Assembly (NCBI GenBank): GCA_963817525.1
Contig: CAWFOU010000007.1
Location: 1,088,001-1,152,000, forward strand
Length of the DNA stretch: 64,000 bases
Reading direction: 5' to 3'
Origin: an uncultured archaeon
GTDB lineage: Archaea; Thermoproteota; Nitrososphaeria; Nitrososphaerales; Gagatemarchaeaceae
Numbering within the stretch: the first letter of the stretch is position 1; every line of letters begins with the position of its first letter. This document shows positions 8,918-17,560 of this stretch, one piece after another. Below the pieces are notes generated by a model, which made no database searches, was not told the origin of the DNA, and saw only the letters and a list, made by a program, of their open reading frames with translations. The translations under genes were made by a program, and so were the position numbers.

Positions 8918-9702
8918 GGAAGCTAGGCGACGGGGGAAAGAAGCTCTCTGGGGAAGAGCGGGGCGAGCTCCTGCACGCCAAGCACGCGCTGGCCCCTAAC
9001 AGCTTGGGATACTGCGGGCCCGACGAGAACGGCAGGATTCTGGAGCACCTCCACGACTCCCTCGTGGACGAGAGCCTCGACTCGACCCTGAAGAGGTTTG
9101 AGGCCGCCTACCCCTTCGTCAGCATGATAGCAAAGTCCACGGGGAAGAGCCCGTTCGACTACGAAGTCGCCGAGGCCTACTGGATAGGGAACGGCCTGCT
9201 GGACAGGGTCGAGCCCTCCGAGTTCTACGAGTTCACGCACGCAGGCCTGAAGGCGCGCCTCCCGAAGCCGGAGATGAAGAGGCTCTTCCGGGACCTCGGT
9301 CCAATGGCGAGGCCGCACCACACGTTCTATGTCCTGGGGATGTACAGCCGCCCCAACGTCCAGTCCTCGCTCCAGCACAAGCTTCTCAACCTCATGGACT
9401 CGTGCAGGATATCCTGGGGGAAGGTCGTCGAGGTCAAGAGCAAGACGCTCGTCGTCGAGCGAGCCCCCCTCTCCCTGGGGGAAGACGAGCTGCTGAGCCT
9501 GACGCCTCCGGAGAAGAAGGAGATCCACTACGACAGCGGGATCCCCAATTTCGAGGGCATCAAAGGCGGCGACTGGGTCACGATCCACTGGAACTTCGCC
9601 AGCGAGAAGCTGACAAGACGCCAGCTCACGAACCTTAGGGCGTACACGAAGATGGACATCGAGGCGACTAACCGGCTCGTCGCTTCGCGCAAGCCCGACT
9701 AG
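8914..9702 (+). CDS. DUF6390-family protein
   Basis: APNSLGYCGP, AEAYWIGN, PHHTFYVL, MDSCRISWGKV, GDWVTIHW; TTG overlaps the hypC stop. Confidence 0.8.
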   Translation: MRKLGDGGKKLSGEERGELLHAKHALAPNSLGYCGPDENGRILEHLHDSLVDESLDSTLKRFEAAYPFVSMIAKSTGKSPFDYEVAEAYWIGNGLLDRVEPSEFYEFTHAGLKARLPKPEMKRLFRDLGPMARPHHTFYVLGMYSRPNVQSSLQHKLLNLMDSCRISWGKVVEVKSKTLVVERAPLSLGEDELLSLTPPEKKEIHYDSGIPNFEGIKGGDWVTIHWNFASEKLTRRQLTNLRAYTKMDIEATNRLVASRKPD

Positions 9703-9723
9703 GCTGGCGGAGGGGACGCCGAC

Positions 9724-10980
9724 CTGACCAACTCGCCCAGGAGCGGATGGCTCTCCCGGAGGCTGTCGGCCCTGACCACGCAGCCCGGATTCGCAGGCCC
9801 TTCCGCGAACCTGGGGTCGTCCGCGTCTTTGCTCATCATCCTGACCATGGGGTACGCCGTCTACGCGGCGGACAGGACGGTCCTCTCCTCGGTGCTCGCG
9901 CCGATCTCGACCTCGCTCTCCCTTACCAACTCCGAGATTGGGCTGCTGAGCGCCGCGCAGTACATCGGCGTGACCTGCGTGGTGTTCGCGGCGGGCTTCC
10001 TCTCCGACAGGTACGGCAGGTGGCCGGTGATAATCAGCGGCCTGGCCGTCTTCACCGCCTTCACGTGGCTCATCGGGCTGTCGTCGAGCTTCCTCGAGGC
10101 CTTCGTCTTCCGGCTGGTCAGCGGGTTCGGGGAGGGAGCCTTCTGGCCCGTGGCGATGGCGAGCGTGGCAAGCTACTTCAAGGGGCGGAAGGGGCTGTCG
10201 CTCGGCATATTCTACGTCGGGTTCGACGCGGGGAGCGTGGCCGGGCTCTCGATAGGAGGGGCGGCCTTCTCCCTCTCCTCGAGCTGGAGGCCCGCGTTCT
10301 TCGTCGCCCCGCTACTCGGTCTCTTTGTAATAGCCGGCGCGCTTGTCGCTCGAAAGAGGCTCGCCGCGGCGGGGCAGGGCGTCGGCCACATCGGGCTTGG
10401 GAAGGACGCGCTGCGGCTCCTTCGACGGAGGAACGTGGTCGTGATCATGGCGTTCGCGCTCCTCGCGACCTGGGCAAGCGTGTGGCAGGTCGTCTTCCTC
10501 CCGTACTACTTCTTCAAGGTCATGCACTTCACCGTCCTCTCCTCGGCGCTCCTGTCGTCCCTGGTCACAGTAGCGGGAGCGTGCGGAAAGATAGCCCTGG
10601 GCGGCCTCTCCGACTCTGTGAGGAGGAACAGGCTCCTCGTCGCCGTCACGTTCGCCACCCTCCTCTCCTACCTGCTCTTCTTCTCGTCCCTGAGCTTCGC
10701 CCTGGACATGGCCGGGGCGCTCTCCATGGGCTTCTTCAGCGCCTCGATCTTCCCAGTGGCGCAGGCCCTCATGACCGACAGCGGATCTGGCATGACGGGG
10801 AGCGCGCTGGGGCTGAGCACCTCGGCCCAGTCCGTCGCTACCGTCTTCTCGCCCATCATCGCGGCATCTCTGTTCACGCTCGGGGTAGGCAGAGCTGTCG
10901 CGCTGGACGCACTTATTCCGATTGCGCTGGCCCTCGTCGTCGCCCTGTTTCTGCGCGAGCCGAGGGCGGCGGCCTCGTAG
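9724..10980 (+). CDS. MFS transporter; possible CTG start 9724 (first TTG 9829)
   Basis: GFLSDRYGRW motif A, about 12 TM helices; GGAGGGG 8 nt upstream of the CTG. Confidence 0.9.
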   Translation: MTNSPRSGWLSRRLSALTTQPGFAGPSANLGSSASLLIILTMGYAVYAADRTVLSSVLAPISTSLSLTNSEIGLLSAAQYIGVTCVVFAAGFLSDRYGRWPVIISGLAVFTAFTWLIGLSSSFLEAFVFRLVSGFGEGAFWPVAMASVASYFKGRKGLSLGIFYVGFDAGSVAGLSIGGAAFSLSSSWRPAFFVAPLLGLFVIAGALVARKRLAAAGQGVGHIGLGKDALRLLRRRNVVVIMAFALLATWASVWQVVFLPYYFFKVMHFTVLSSALLSSLVTVAGACGKIALGGLSDSVRRNRLLVAVTFATLLSYLLFFSSLSFALDMAGALSMGFFSASIFPVAQALMTDSGSGMTGSALGLSTSAQSVATVFSPIIAASLFTLGVGRAVALDALIPIALALVVALFLREPRAAAS

Positions 10981-11129
10981 CGACTAGCTCGCCGGCGTCA
11001 CCAGGCCGCGGCGGCATCGCGTTTCTGGGCGGCGGACGTCGGTAATTTCCTTCAATACCGTACGCACCATTGAGGCGAAGTCGTCTCTATACATTTCCTT
11101 TAAATGACGGGCAAGGAGCATGCAAATCG

Positions 11130-11633
11130 ATGGCGAGCGAGGGGCTAATGGCAACCGCAGTCCCAATGCGAGTCGCCCTCGAGCCGTTGAACGTCGAAGG
11201 CACGCTCCTCAGTCCTAGACTGACCGAAGTGATGACCGAGGCAATATCAGACGGGGTTTCCAGAGCCATGCTCAGCTCCACGGTCCTGCGAGGAAAGACG
11301 GTCGAAGAGATCTGCTACGAGCAGGGGATACCCCAAAGCTCCTGCTACAGGAGGATGAGGCGCCTCATCGAGGAGGGCGCGATGGTGGTAGAAAGGATGG
11401 TGATCGCCTCCACCGGGAGGAAGTACGCGGTCTACAGGAGCGCGTTCTCCCGCCTGGACATCACGCTCGAGAACGGGGTAGTTTCGGCGTACGCCACAAT
11501 GAATCCGGACGTCGCCCACAAGCTGCGTCACACGCATCGCGCTCCCGAGTCGTCAAGCTCTTCCCATCAAAAGCTGTCGCCCTTCGTCATGCACCGAGGC
11601 GGCGGTCCACAAGCCGTAGCGGCGTCACCCTGA
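11130..11633 (+). CDS. Winged-helix (ArsR-like) transcriptional regulator
   Basis: KTVEEICYEQGIPQSSCYRRMRRLIEEG HTH followed by the GRKYAVYRS wing. Confidence 0.75.
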   Translation: MASEGLMATAVPMRVALEPLNVEGTLLSPRLTEVMTEAISDGVSRAMLSSTVLRGKTVEEICYEQGIPQSSCYRRMRRLIEEGAMVVERMVIASTGRKYAVYRSAFSRLDITLENGVVSAYATMNPDVAHKLRHTHRAPESSSSSHQKLSPFVMHRGGGPQAVAASP

Positions 11634-11753
11634 AGCGGACCCCCGTCAGGGACGTCCGCTACGGCCCATTCGGCCTCTTGAATCAGACTATTTCGCCAGG
11701 ATACGCACTGAATAAATCAGGGGAAATCTGGCGCCCCGCCAGGTGTAACGATA

Positions 11754-12053
11754 ACGAGCTCTAGCAACGACGGGCAAGAGGAAGAGGCAGTAGTCCAAGA
11801 ACGCGAAGTGGAGGCCGAGCCCGGCGCCGAGCCGGTGGAAGAAGCGGAAGAAGAGGCGGAGGCGCACGAGGAGGAGGTAGAGGAGGAGACCGAGGAGAAA
11901 GAGTCCGAAAAGATCGAGGACAGGCTCGACCAGAAGGTCAGCGGCGAGGGTGGCTCTGCAAAGACCAAGAGGAGGAGCGGCAAAAAGAAGAAAGCAAAGG
12001 CGAAGAAGCCTGCCGCAAAGTCCAAGCGCCGAGCCAAGTCGAAGCGCCGATAA
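11754..12053 (+). CDS. Small bipartite protein, Glu-rich N-half and Lys/Arg-rich C-tail; likely ACG start (first GTG 11808)
   Basis: EEAEEEAEAHEEEVEEETEE followed by KKKKAKAKKPAAKSKRRAKSKRR; AGGTG 8 nt upstream of the ACG. Confidence 0.6.
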   Translation, partial: TSSSNDGQEEEAVVQEREVEAEPGAEPVEEAEEEAEAHEEEVEEETEEKESEKIEDRLDQKVSGEGGSAKTKRRSGKKKKAKAKKPAAKSKRRAKSKRR

Positions 12054-12115
12054 CAGCTTCCCCCTCCGAGCAAGTCTGAAGGTTTTCCCTCGCCAATCTG
12101 TTGAACGGACGGGAA

Positions 12116-12131
12116 TTCTCATTTCTGAGAA
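12116..12131. promoter_or_regulatory. Perfect palindrome TTCTCA-TTTC-TGAGAA upstream of flavoprotein 1
   Basis: Upstream of TTAAATA (12148). Confidence 0.7.
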
Positions 12132-12178
12132 ACTACCCGAGTCTTACTTAAATACGGGAGGAGGACAAAACTCTCACA

Positions 12179-13874
12179 TTGTCGGACGATGCAAAGAAGG
12201 AGACTGAAAGTATCAACACCAAGGGGCTGGCGAGACGCAAGCTTCTCACGGGTGCTGTGGGAGGACTCGTCGTCGGCGCGGTCGCGGGGACCGCGCTCGG
12301 GTCACTTGGGCTTTCCAAAGACGGTAACTCAGCAAGTCACTCAGACCCAGACCGTAACTTCTATTCAATCCGTTTCTGTCCAGGCCGGGCTCCCCGCGAC
12401 GTGGGACTATCAGACTGACGTGGTCGTTGTCGGTGCTGGCGGCGCAGGTCTGTCCGCGGCGACAGGCGCACTGGAGTCTGGGGCGAAGGTCATCGTCCTC
12501 GAGAAGTCAGGGGCGGTGGGCGGCACCACGGCGCTCTCCGGCGGGGGGATGTGGGTTCCAAACTCCAGTCTGGCGGTAGCGGCAGGTCCGCCCAACACAA
12601 TCTCGCAATTCAACCTCCAGGAATACTTGAGCGCCATCGGGGAGGGCGAGCAAGATCAAGACCTCACCACGACATACCTGCAAGGGGCGCCTGGCTGGGT
12701 GGATCACCTGATTCAGACCTACGGGATGAAGTTCGTCCTAGCGACCACCTTCGTAGCTTACTATAACGTGCCTGGAGCGCAGGGCACTGGGCTTCAGGTT
12801 TCTCCAACCGGCGGTGGTCCTGGTGTCAGCGGAGCAGGGCTCGGGATCATTCAGACGCTCCACGGCGCAGTCACGAACATGGGAGGAACCGTCATGGTTT
12901 CGACCCCGGCCACGGCGCTCTACAAGGACGCCACAGGCCGAATTGTGGGCGCGCAGGCGACTTCCGGTACCTCGACAATCAACATAGGTGCAGGTAAGGG
13001 GGTCATCCTTGCTGCTGGCGGGTACGACCAGAACGCCGCGATGATGGCGAACTATCAGCGGGGTCCGGTTCATCTTACCAGCGCCGTAGCCGGAAACACT
13101 GGCGACGGCATTCAGATGGCCATGTTCGCGGGGGCGGACATCGGCAACATGAACAACGCGTGGGGGTGCCCGCACTACAACACCCCGAGCGGCGGCATCC
13201 CAGACTGGTCCCTTATACGCGGCAAGCCTGGAGCGATAGTCGTCAACAGCGCGGGGCAGAGGTTCGCCAACGAGTCGTCCGCTTACCCGGTCTTCAACAG
13301 GACATTCTACGAATGGTCGAACGCCATATACGGCTACCCGAACCTGCCAGGATACACCATCATAGACAACACGTTCAACACCAAATACGGCTTCGTGACA
13401 TATGTCCCCAATTCGACTCCGCCAAGCTATGTGTCAACGGCAAACACCCTTGCAGACCTTGCGACGGCCCTCGGCATCGACCCGGACGGCCTTCAGGCCA
13501 CCGTAACGCAGTTCAACCAGTACGCGGCGAACGGGGTTGACCCTGATTTCCACAGGGGCGAGTTCAGCTTCGATTTGAATACGGCAGGTGACCCGACGAG
13601 GACCGACCTGGCGAACATCTGCCTGGGGCCTATCGAGACCCCTCCCTTCTACGGACTAGAGATAGATCCTGGCACCATAGGCACTTCGGGAGGCCCCAGA
13701 ATAAACTCCAACGCTCAGGTCCTCGACCAGGAGGGCAACACGATTGCCGGGCTCTACGCCGCTGGCAACGACTCGGCCTCTCCGTTCGGGGCGGCCTATC
13801 CGGGCGGGGGAGGCACTGTGGGTCCCGCTACTTTCTTCGGTTGGATTGCTGGCAAAAGCGCGGGAAGCTCCTAG
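12179..13874 (+). CDS. Tat-exported FAD-binding oxidoreductase, 3-ketosteroid delta1-dehydrogenase (KstD)-like; +1 frameshift at 12308-12310
   Basis: Signal peptide LARRKLLTGAVGG is in frame 12179; the body (GAGGAG, GGTTALSGGGMW, FANESSAY, YPGGGGTVGPA) is in frame 12189. The paralog shows the join ...GSLG|FPKTVTQ. Confidence 0.85.
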
Positions 13875-14106
13875 CACCGGAACGCCACGCAGGCGATCTG
13901 ACCCCTCCCCATTGGCAGTGACACAAGACCTAAGGGAGAACGGAGGGTGAATAATTTGAAGCCTCTCTCCGTGCCGCGGTGGGTCTTGGATTATTGAAGG
14001 CCAATTTATGATTGATGTCGGCGGGCCGCAAGACAATCCTGGCCAAGTCGAGGTGGCGATGCTACTATCTCATAGAAGAAAAGTCTCATCCGGTTGTTCA
14101 TGAGAA

Positions 14107-14122
14107 TTCTCACCTCTGAGAA
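14107..14122. promoter_or_regulatory. Perfect palindrome TTCTCA-CCTC-TGAGAA upstream of flavoprotein 2
   Basis: 13 nt upstream of TTAAATA (14136); extra TGAGAA/TCTCA half-sites at 14068-14106. Confidence 0.7.
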
Positions 14123-14165
14123 TCGGCTTCGGGAATTAAATACTCGCCGGACCACAATCAGACCA

Positions 14166-15830
14166 TTGTCTGAAGTGAAGAAAGAATCGGAGAGCATGGA
14201 TGCAAAGGGATTGGCAAGGCGAAGACTCCTCACGGGGGCCGTGGGAGGCCTGGTCGTCGGCGCAGTAGCAGGGGCGGCAGTTGGCTCGCTCGGTTTCCCA
14301 AAGACGGTCACCCAAACACAGACACAAACGATGACGTCCACGAGTTCGACGACGTTGGGAATCCCGACAACCTGGGACTACCAAGCGGACGTCGTCATCA
14401 TGGGCGCCGGCACAAGCGGTCTGTCTGCGGCCCTCGAAGCCGCGGCAGCGGGAGCCAAGGTAATTGTCCTCGAGAAAGAGCCGAGCTCGGCGCTCGCAAA
14501 TTCTGGCCATTGCGCCGGGACCATAGTCGGGGTGAACAGCGCACAGCAGACGGCCGCGGGTATAACGGACTCGCCCTCCATCTACTATGCCGAGTTGACG
14601 GGACCCGGGAGCAACCCTCTCTTCGACCCGGCCGTCGCGATGTCGATTTGCAACAATAGCGGCGCGGCCATAGCTTGGCTGACGCAGCAGGGAATCCAAT
14701 GGGCTCCCTACTGCCCGCTGCTCGACGGCCAGTCTACGGCTCCTCGAATGATGGCCGCTCTGCCGGACTCCTCCACCTACCCGGCCACGCTGAACGCGAA
14801 CGCGGTGAAAGCGGGCGTGCAGATTCTCTATAACACCCCCGTCGGCTCCCTTTACAGGGACCCAGTAAACGGAGTCGTGGGGCTCTCGGCCAAGGCGACG
14901 AGCGGTGTCATCAACGTCAAGGCCAACAGAGCGGTGGTCCTGGCCGCGGGCGACAACGCAGCCAACGCCAAGATGCTGGCGCAAGCCTCCGCAATCCCGA
15001 GCTGGTTCACGACCCTGCCCCCCGAGGGAAGTCCCGGGAGCACAGGAGACGGGATAATCGCGGGAATGGCGGTCGGGGCGGCTCCCGTGGCCTTGGCCAC
15101 CGCTGTCACCGAGCCGTCCTTCGGGTTCGTCGTTGGAAACACAAGGATCGTCCCAGATACCTCGTACGGCTATACACCGGGTTCGACGAATGTCAACGCC
15201 AAGCTCAGCGCCTTCGCATACCAGCCGGCGATACTCTCATACGCCATCTACGTGAACAGTGCCGGGAACAGATACACGAACGAGACGGGCAGCACCGTCG
15301 CTGCGGACACGTTCGCTCTTTCTGACATGAAGTCGTTCATGATCTTCGACAGCGCCCCAGCAAACCTCAACGTGTACATGCACGTCAGCGCAGGACACAC
15401 TCTCTTCAAGGAGTGGCTGGCAGACGGAGCGCTGGCACAGGCGGACACGCTCGACGGCCTGGCCTCATCCCTCGGAATCAACTCGTCAGGCTTGGCGGCT
15501 GGGGTGGCGACGTGGAACGGCAATGTCGCCGCGAACAAGGATTCCAGCTTCGGCAGGACGATTTTCGTCTCCCCGATCAGCACAGGGCCTTTCTATGGCA
15601 TCCCGGCCACTCTGTTCTCGCTTGAGCTCGCCAACGGCACCCTGAACGTCGACGTCGCGACACAAAACGTGCTCGATGAGTCGGGCAACCCCATCCCGAG
15701 ACTCTACGCTGCGGGCGATAACGGCAGGGCAGGGGTGATGGGAGGCGGGCACGGCACGCACATGGTATGGACCTTCATCTCCGGCCGTCAGGCCGGGACT
15801 AGCGCGGCGTCAGAAACCTCCTTGGCGTAG
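14166..15830 (+). CDS. Tat-exported FAD-binding oxidoreductase (flavocytochrome c/fumarate reductase flavoprotein superfamily), paralog 2
   Basis: LARRRLLTGAVGG Tat motif, GAGTSG, GSTGDGI, IPRLYAAGD; TTG start matches paralog 1. Confidence 0.88.
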   Translation: MSEVKKESESMDAKGLARRRLLTGAVGGLVVGAVAGAAVGSLGFPKTVTQTQTQTMTSTSSTTLGIPTTWDYQADVVIMGAGTSGLSAALEAAAAGAKVIVLEKEPSSALANSGHCAGTIVGVNSAQQTAAGITDSPSIYYAELTGPGSNPLFDPAVAMSICNNSGAAIAWLTQQGIQWAPYCPLLDGQSTAPRMMAALPDSSTYPATLNANAVKAGVQILYNTPVGSLYRDPVNGVVGLSAKATSGVINVKANRAVVLAAGDNAANAKMLAQASAIPSWFTTLPPEGSPGSTGDGIIAGMAVGAAPVALATAVTEPSFGFVVGNTRIVPDTSYGYTPGSTNVNAKLSAFAYQPAILSYAIYVNSAGNRYTNETGSTVAADTFALSDMKSFMIFDSAPANLNVYMHVSAGHTLFKEWLADGALAQADTLDGLASSLGINSSGLAAGVATWNGNVAANKDSSFGRTIFVSPISTGPFYGIPATLFSLELANGTLNVDVATQNVLDESGNPIPRLYAAGDNGRAGVMGGGHGTHMVWTFISGRQAGTSAASETSLA

Positions 15831-15885
15831 AAACGAGATGCGCTTACGCATATATCGCAAAGGAAACAAAGAGCCTCGGGGATAG

Positions 15886-16827
15886 ATGCAAGAAAAAGTC
15901 GAGCGCGGCGGAAGGGGGGGCCGCTCCGGCGCTCTCCCGATCGCACTGGTGCTGATCGCCATTTTGTTCGGCGCATCCATTCAGCGAGTGAGTGCGGTAA
16001 CCACGATCACGGCGTATCAAGCGCAGACTCCGGTGACCCTCAACGGAGTCGTGTCTCCGGGTGAATGGTCGGATACCCCGCTGGTAAATATCCCAGAGGC
16101 GGGCATGAACGTAGCCTTCAAGCACAACTCAACTGGTCTCTTCATTCTCATGCAGTGGAGCCAAAATCCCTCTACCTGCACCGACCAATATTGCTACGGA
16201 GGCATCGAGTTCGGTTACCTTAACAACACCGGCCCGATGGGTGACACTGCCACTCCCACCGTCATGCTGCTTCTGAGCACGTCTTTTACGGGAGGTTACG
16301 ACGAATTCATATCAAAGGCCGAAGCCACCCCGACATCGGTCGAGTCCGACGGATACAAGACTCAATCCACGTGCGCTCTAAAGCTCTCGGGCACAAGTTA
16401 CACAGCCGAGTGCTATCGGCCCTTCACCCTGAGCAATGCCTCACCCTACGATCCGTTCCCCGGCCTTGTAGCGGGCTCCCCCCTCGAGGTTGCATTCGCG
16501 GTAGGGGAGTTCGACGCGCCAGGGGACCATGCGGCATCGGACATGAGCACCTACGTCTTGACTTTGAGCAACCAGACATTTTCCGCTACTTCGACCTCCT
16601 CATCATCGACGAGCTCCCAGTCCTCGGCGACGATCAGCTCTTCGATAGCCTCGGCCTCCTCGTCGACGTCGACTGCATCATCGACTCAAACTAGCAGCAC
16701 ATCAACGCTTACCTCGGTCTCCACCTCGCCCACTGCAGCGTCGACCTACGCGGAAGAACTTCTGGTCTTGTCCGTGGGGTTCGCGGTGCTGATCTTGGTG
16801 GTCCTGACGAAATACGAGAGGAACTGA
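15886..16827 (+). CDS. Secreted, C-terminally anchored DOMON/CBM9-like protein with Ser/Thr linker
   Basis: Signal peptide, PVTLNGVVSPGEWSD DOMON-like start, candidate Met (GPMG) and His (GDHAA) ligands, S/T-rich stalk, C-terminal TM. Confidence 0.6.
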   Translation: MQEKVERGGRGGRSGALPIALVLIAILFGASIQRVSAVTTITAYQAQTPVTLNGVVSPGEWSDTPLVNIPEAGMNVAFKHNSTGLFILMQWSQNPSTCTDQYCYGGIEFGYLNNTGPMGDTATPTVMLLLSTSFTGGYDEFISKAEATPTSVESDGYKTQSTCALKLSGTSYTAECYRPFTLSNASPYDPFPGLVAGSPLEVAFAVGEFDAPGDHAASDMSTYVLTLSNQTFSATSTSSSSTSSQSSATISSSIASASSSTSTASSTQTSSTSTLTSVSTSPTAASTYAEELLVLSVGFAVLILVVLTKYERN

Positions 16828-16830
16828 GTT

Positions 16831-17448
16831 ATGGAATTCCTCGGGATACAGATGCTGACGTGGCACGACTTTGTCGTGGAGCTCCACACCGGAGTCGCTG
16901 TCTTCGCAATTCTCGCGATAGTGCTGCGGGTTCTCGTCGACGCCGGCCAGAGGGGGAAGACCAACCCCTCGGGGAGAGTCCTGGAGATACGACAGGGAAC
17001 AGACTTTGTCGCCTACGCCGGGTCGGTAGTCGCCGTGATCTTCCTGGTCGCATCGGGCATAACCGGCTATTACATCCTGCCATACTCGACGCTCGTCAGC
17101 CAGACGATCTACCTCAACAAGGCATTCACTGCACTCGGCGCGCTGTTCTTCTGGTCGGCTTACGCCTTCCTGAGATACTGGTCCGGCCCCAAGATGTGGG
17201 AAAAGAAGGGGCTCTACGCGGTCGCGGTGGCGACTGCCTTCCTCGGCATTCTCTTCACGACGCTCGCGGGCTCAATCGGGGCGGAGCTTTCAATCGGCCA
17301 GTCCGTCCTTACCCCAGTCTACAACGCCCTCTCGATAAACTTCCGGCAGCTCGCGCTGGAGCCGATAGACGTGGAGATAACGGCGGCCCTCCTCGTAATC
17401 GCGATTCTCATAGCGGCGTTCCTCAAACCGTCGCAAACCAAGCGCTAA
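16831..17448 (+). CDS. Membrane protein (DUF2231/cytochrome b-like)
   Basis: About 5 TM helices, N-terminal WHDFVVELHTG His pair; 3 nt after the upstream gene. Confidence 0.55.
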   Translation: MEFLGIQMLTWHDFVVELHTGVAVFAILAIVLRVLVDAGQRGKTNPSGRVLEIRQGTDFVAYAGSVVAVIFLVASGITGYYILPYSTLVSQTIYLNKAFTALGALFFWSAYAFLRYWSGPKMWEKKGLYAVAVATAFLGILFTTLAGSIGAELSIGQSVLTPVYNALSINFRQLALEPIDVEITAALLVIAILIAAFLKPSQTKR

Positions 17449-17490
17449 CAGGTTGGCCTAAGCACTCGAAAAACGAGGGCCCTGCGACGA

Positions 17491-17506
17491 TTCTCAAACT
17501 CGATAA
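17491..17506. promoter_or_regulatory. Degenerate site TTCTCA-AACT-CGATAA
   Basis: 13 nt upstream of TTATAAG (17520), promoter of the 17561 gene. Confidence 0.5.
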
Positions 17507-17560
17507 TCGCATGTCGGTGTTATAAGCCCAGACCTTCGTTTCCCTGCCAAGGCGTTCGAC

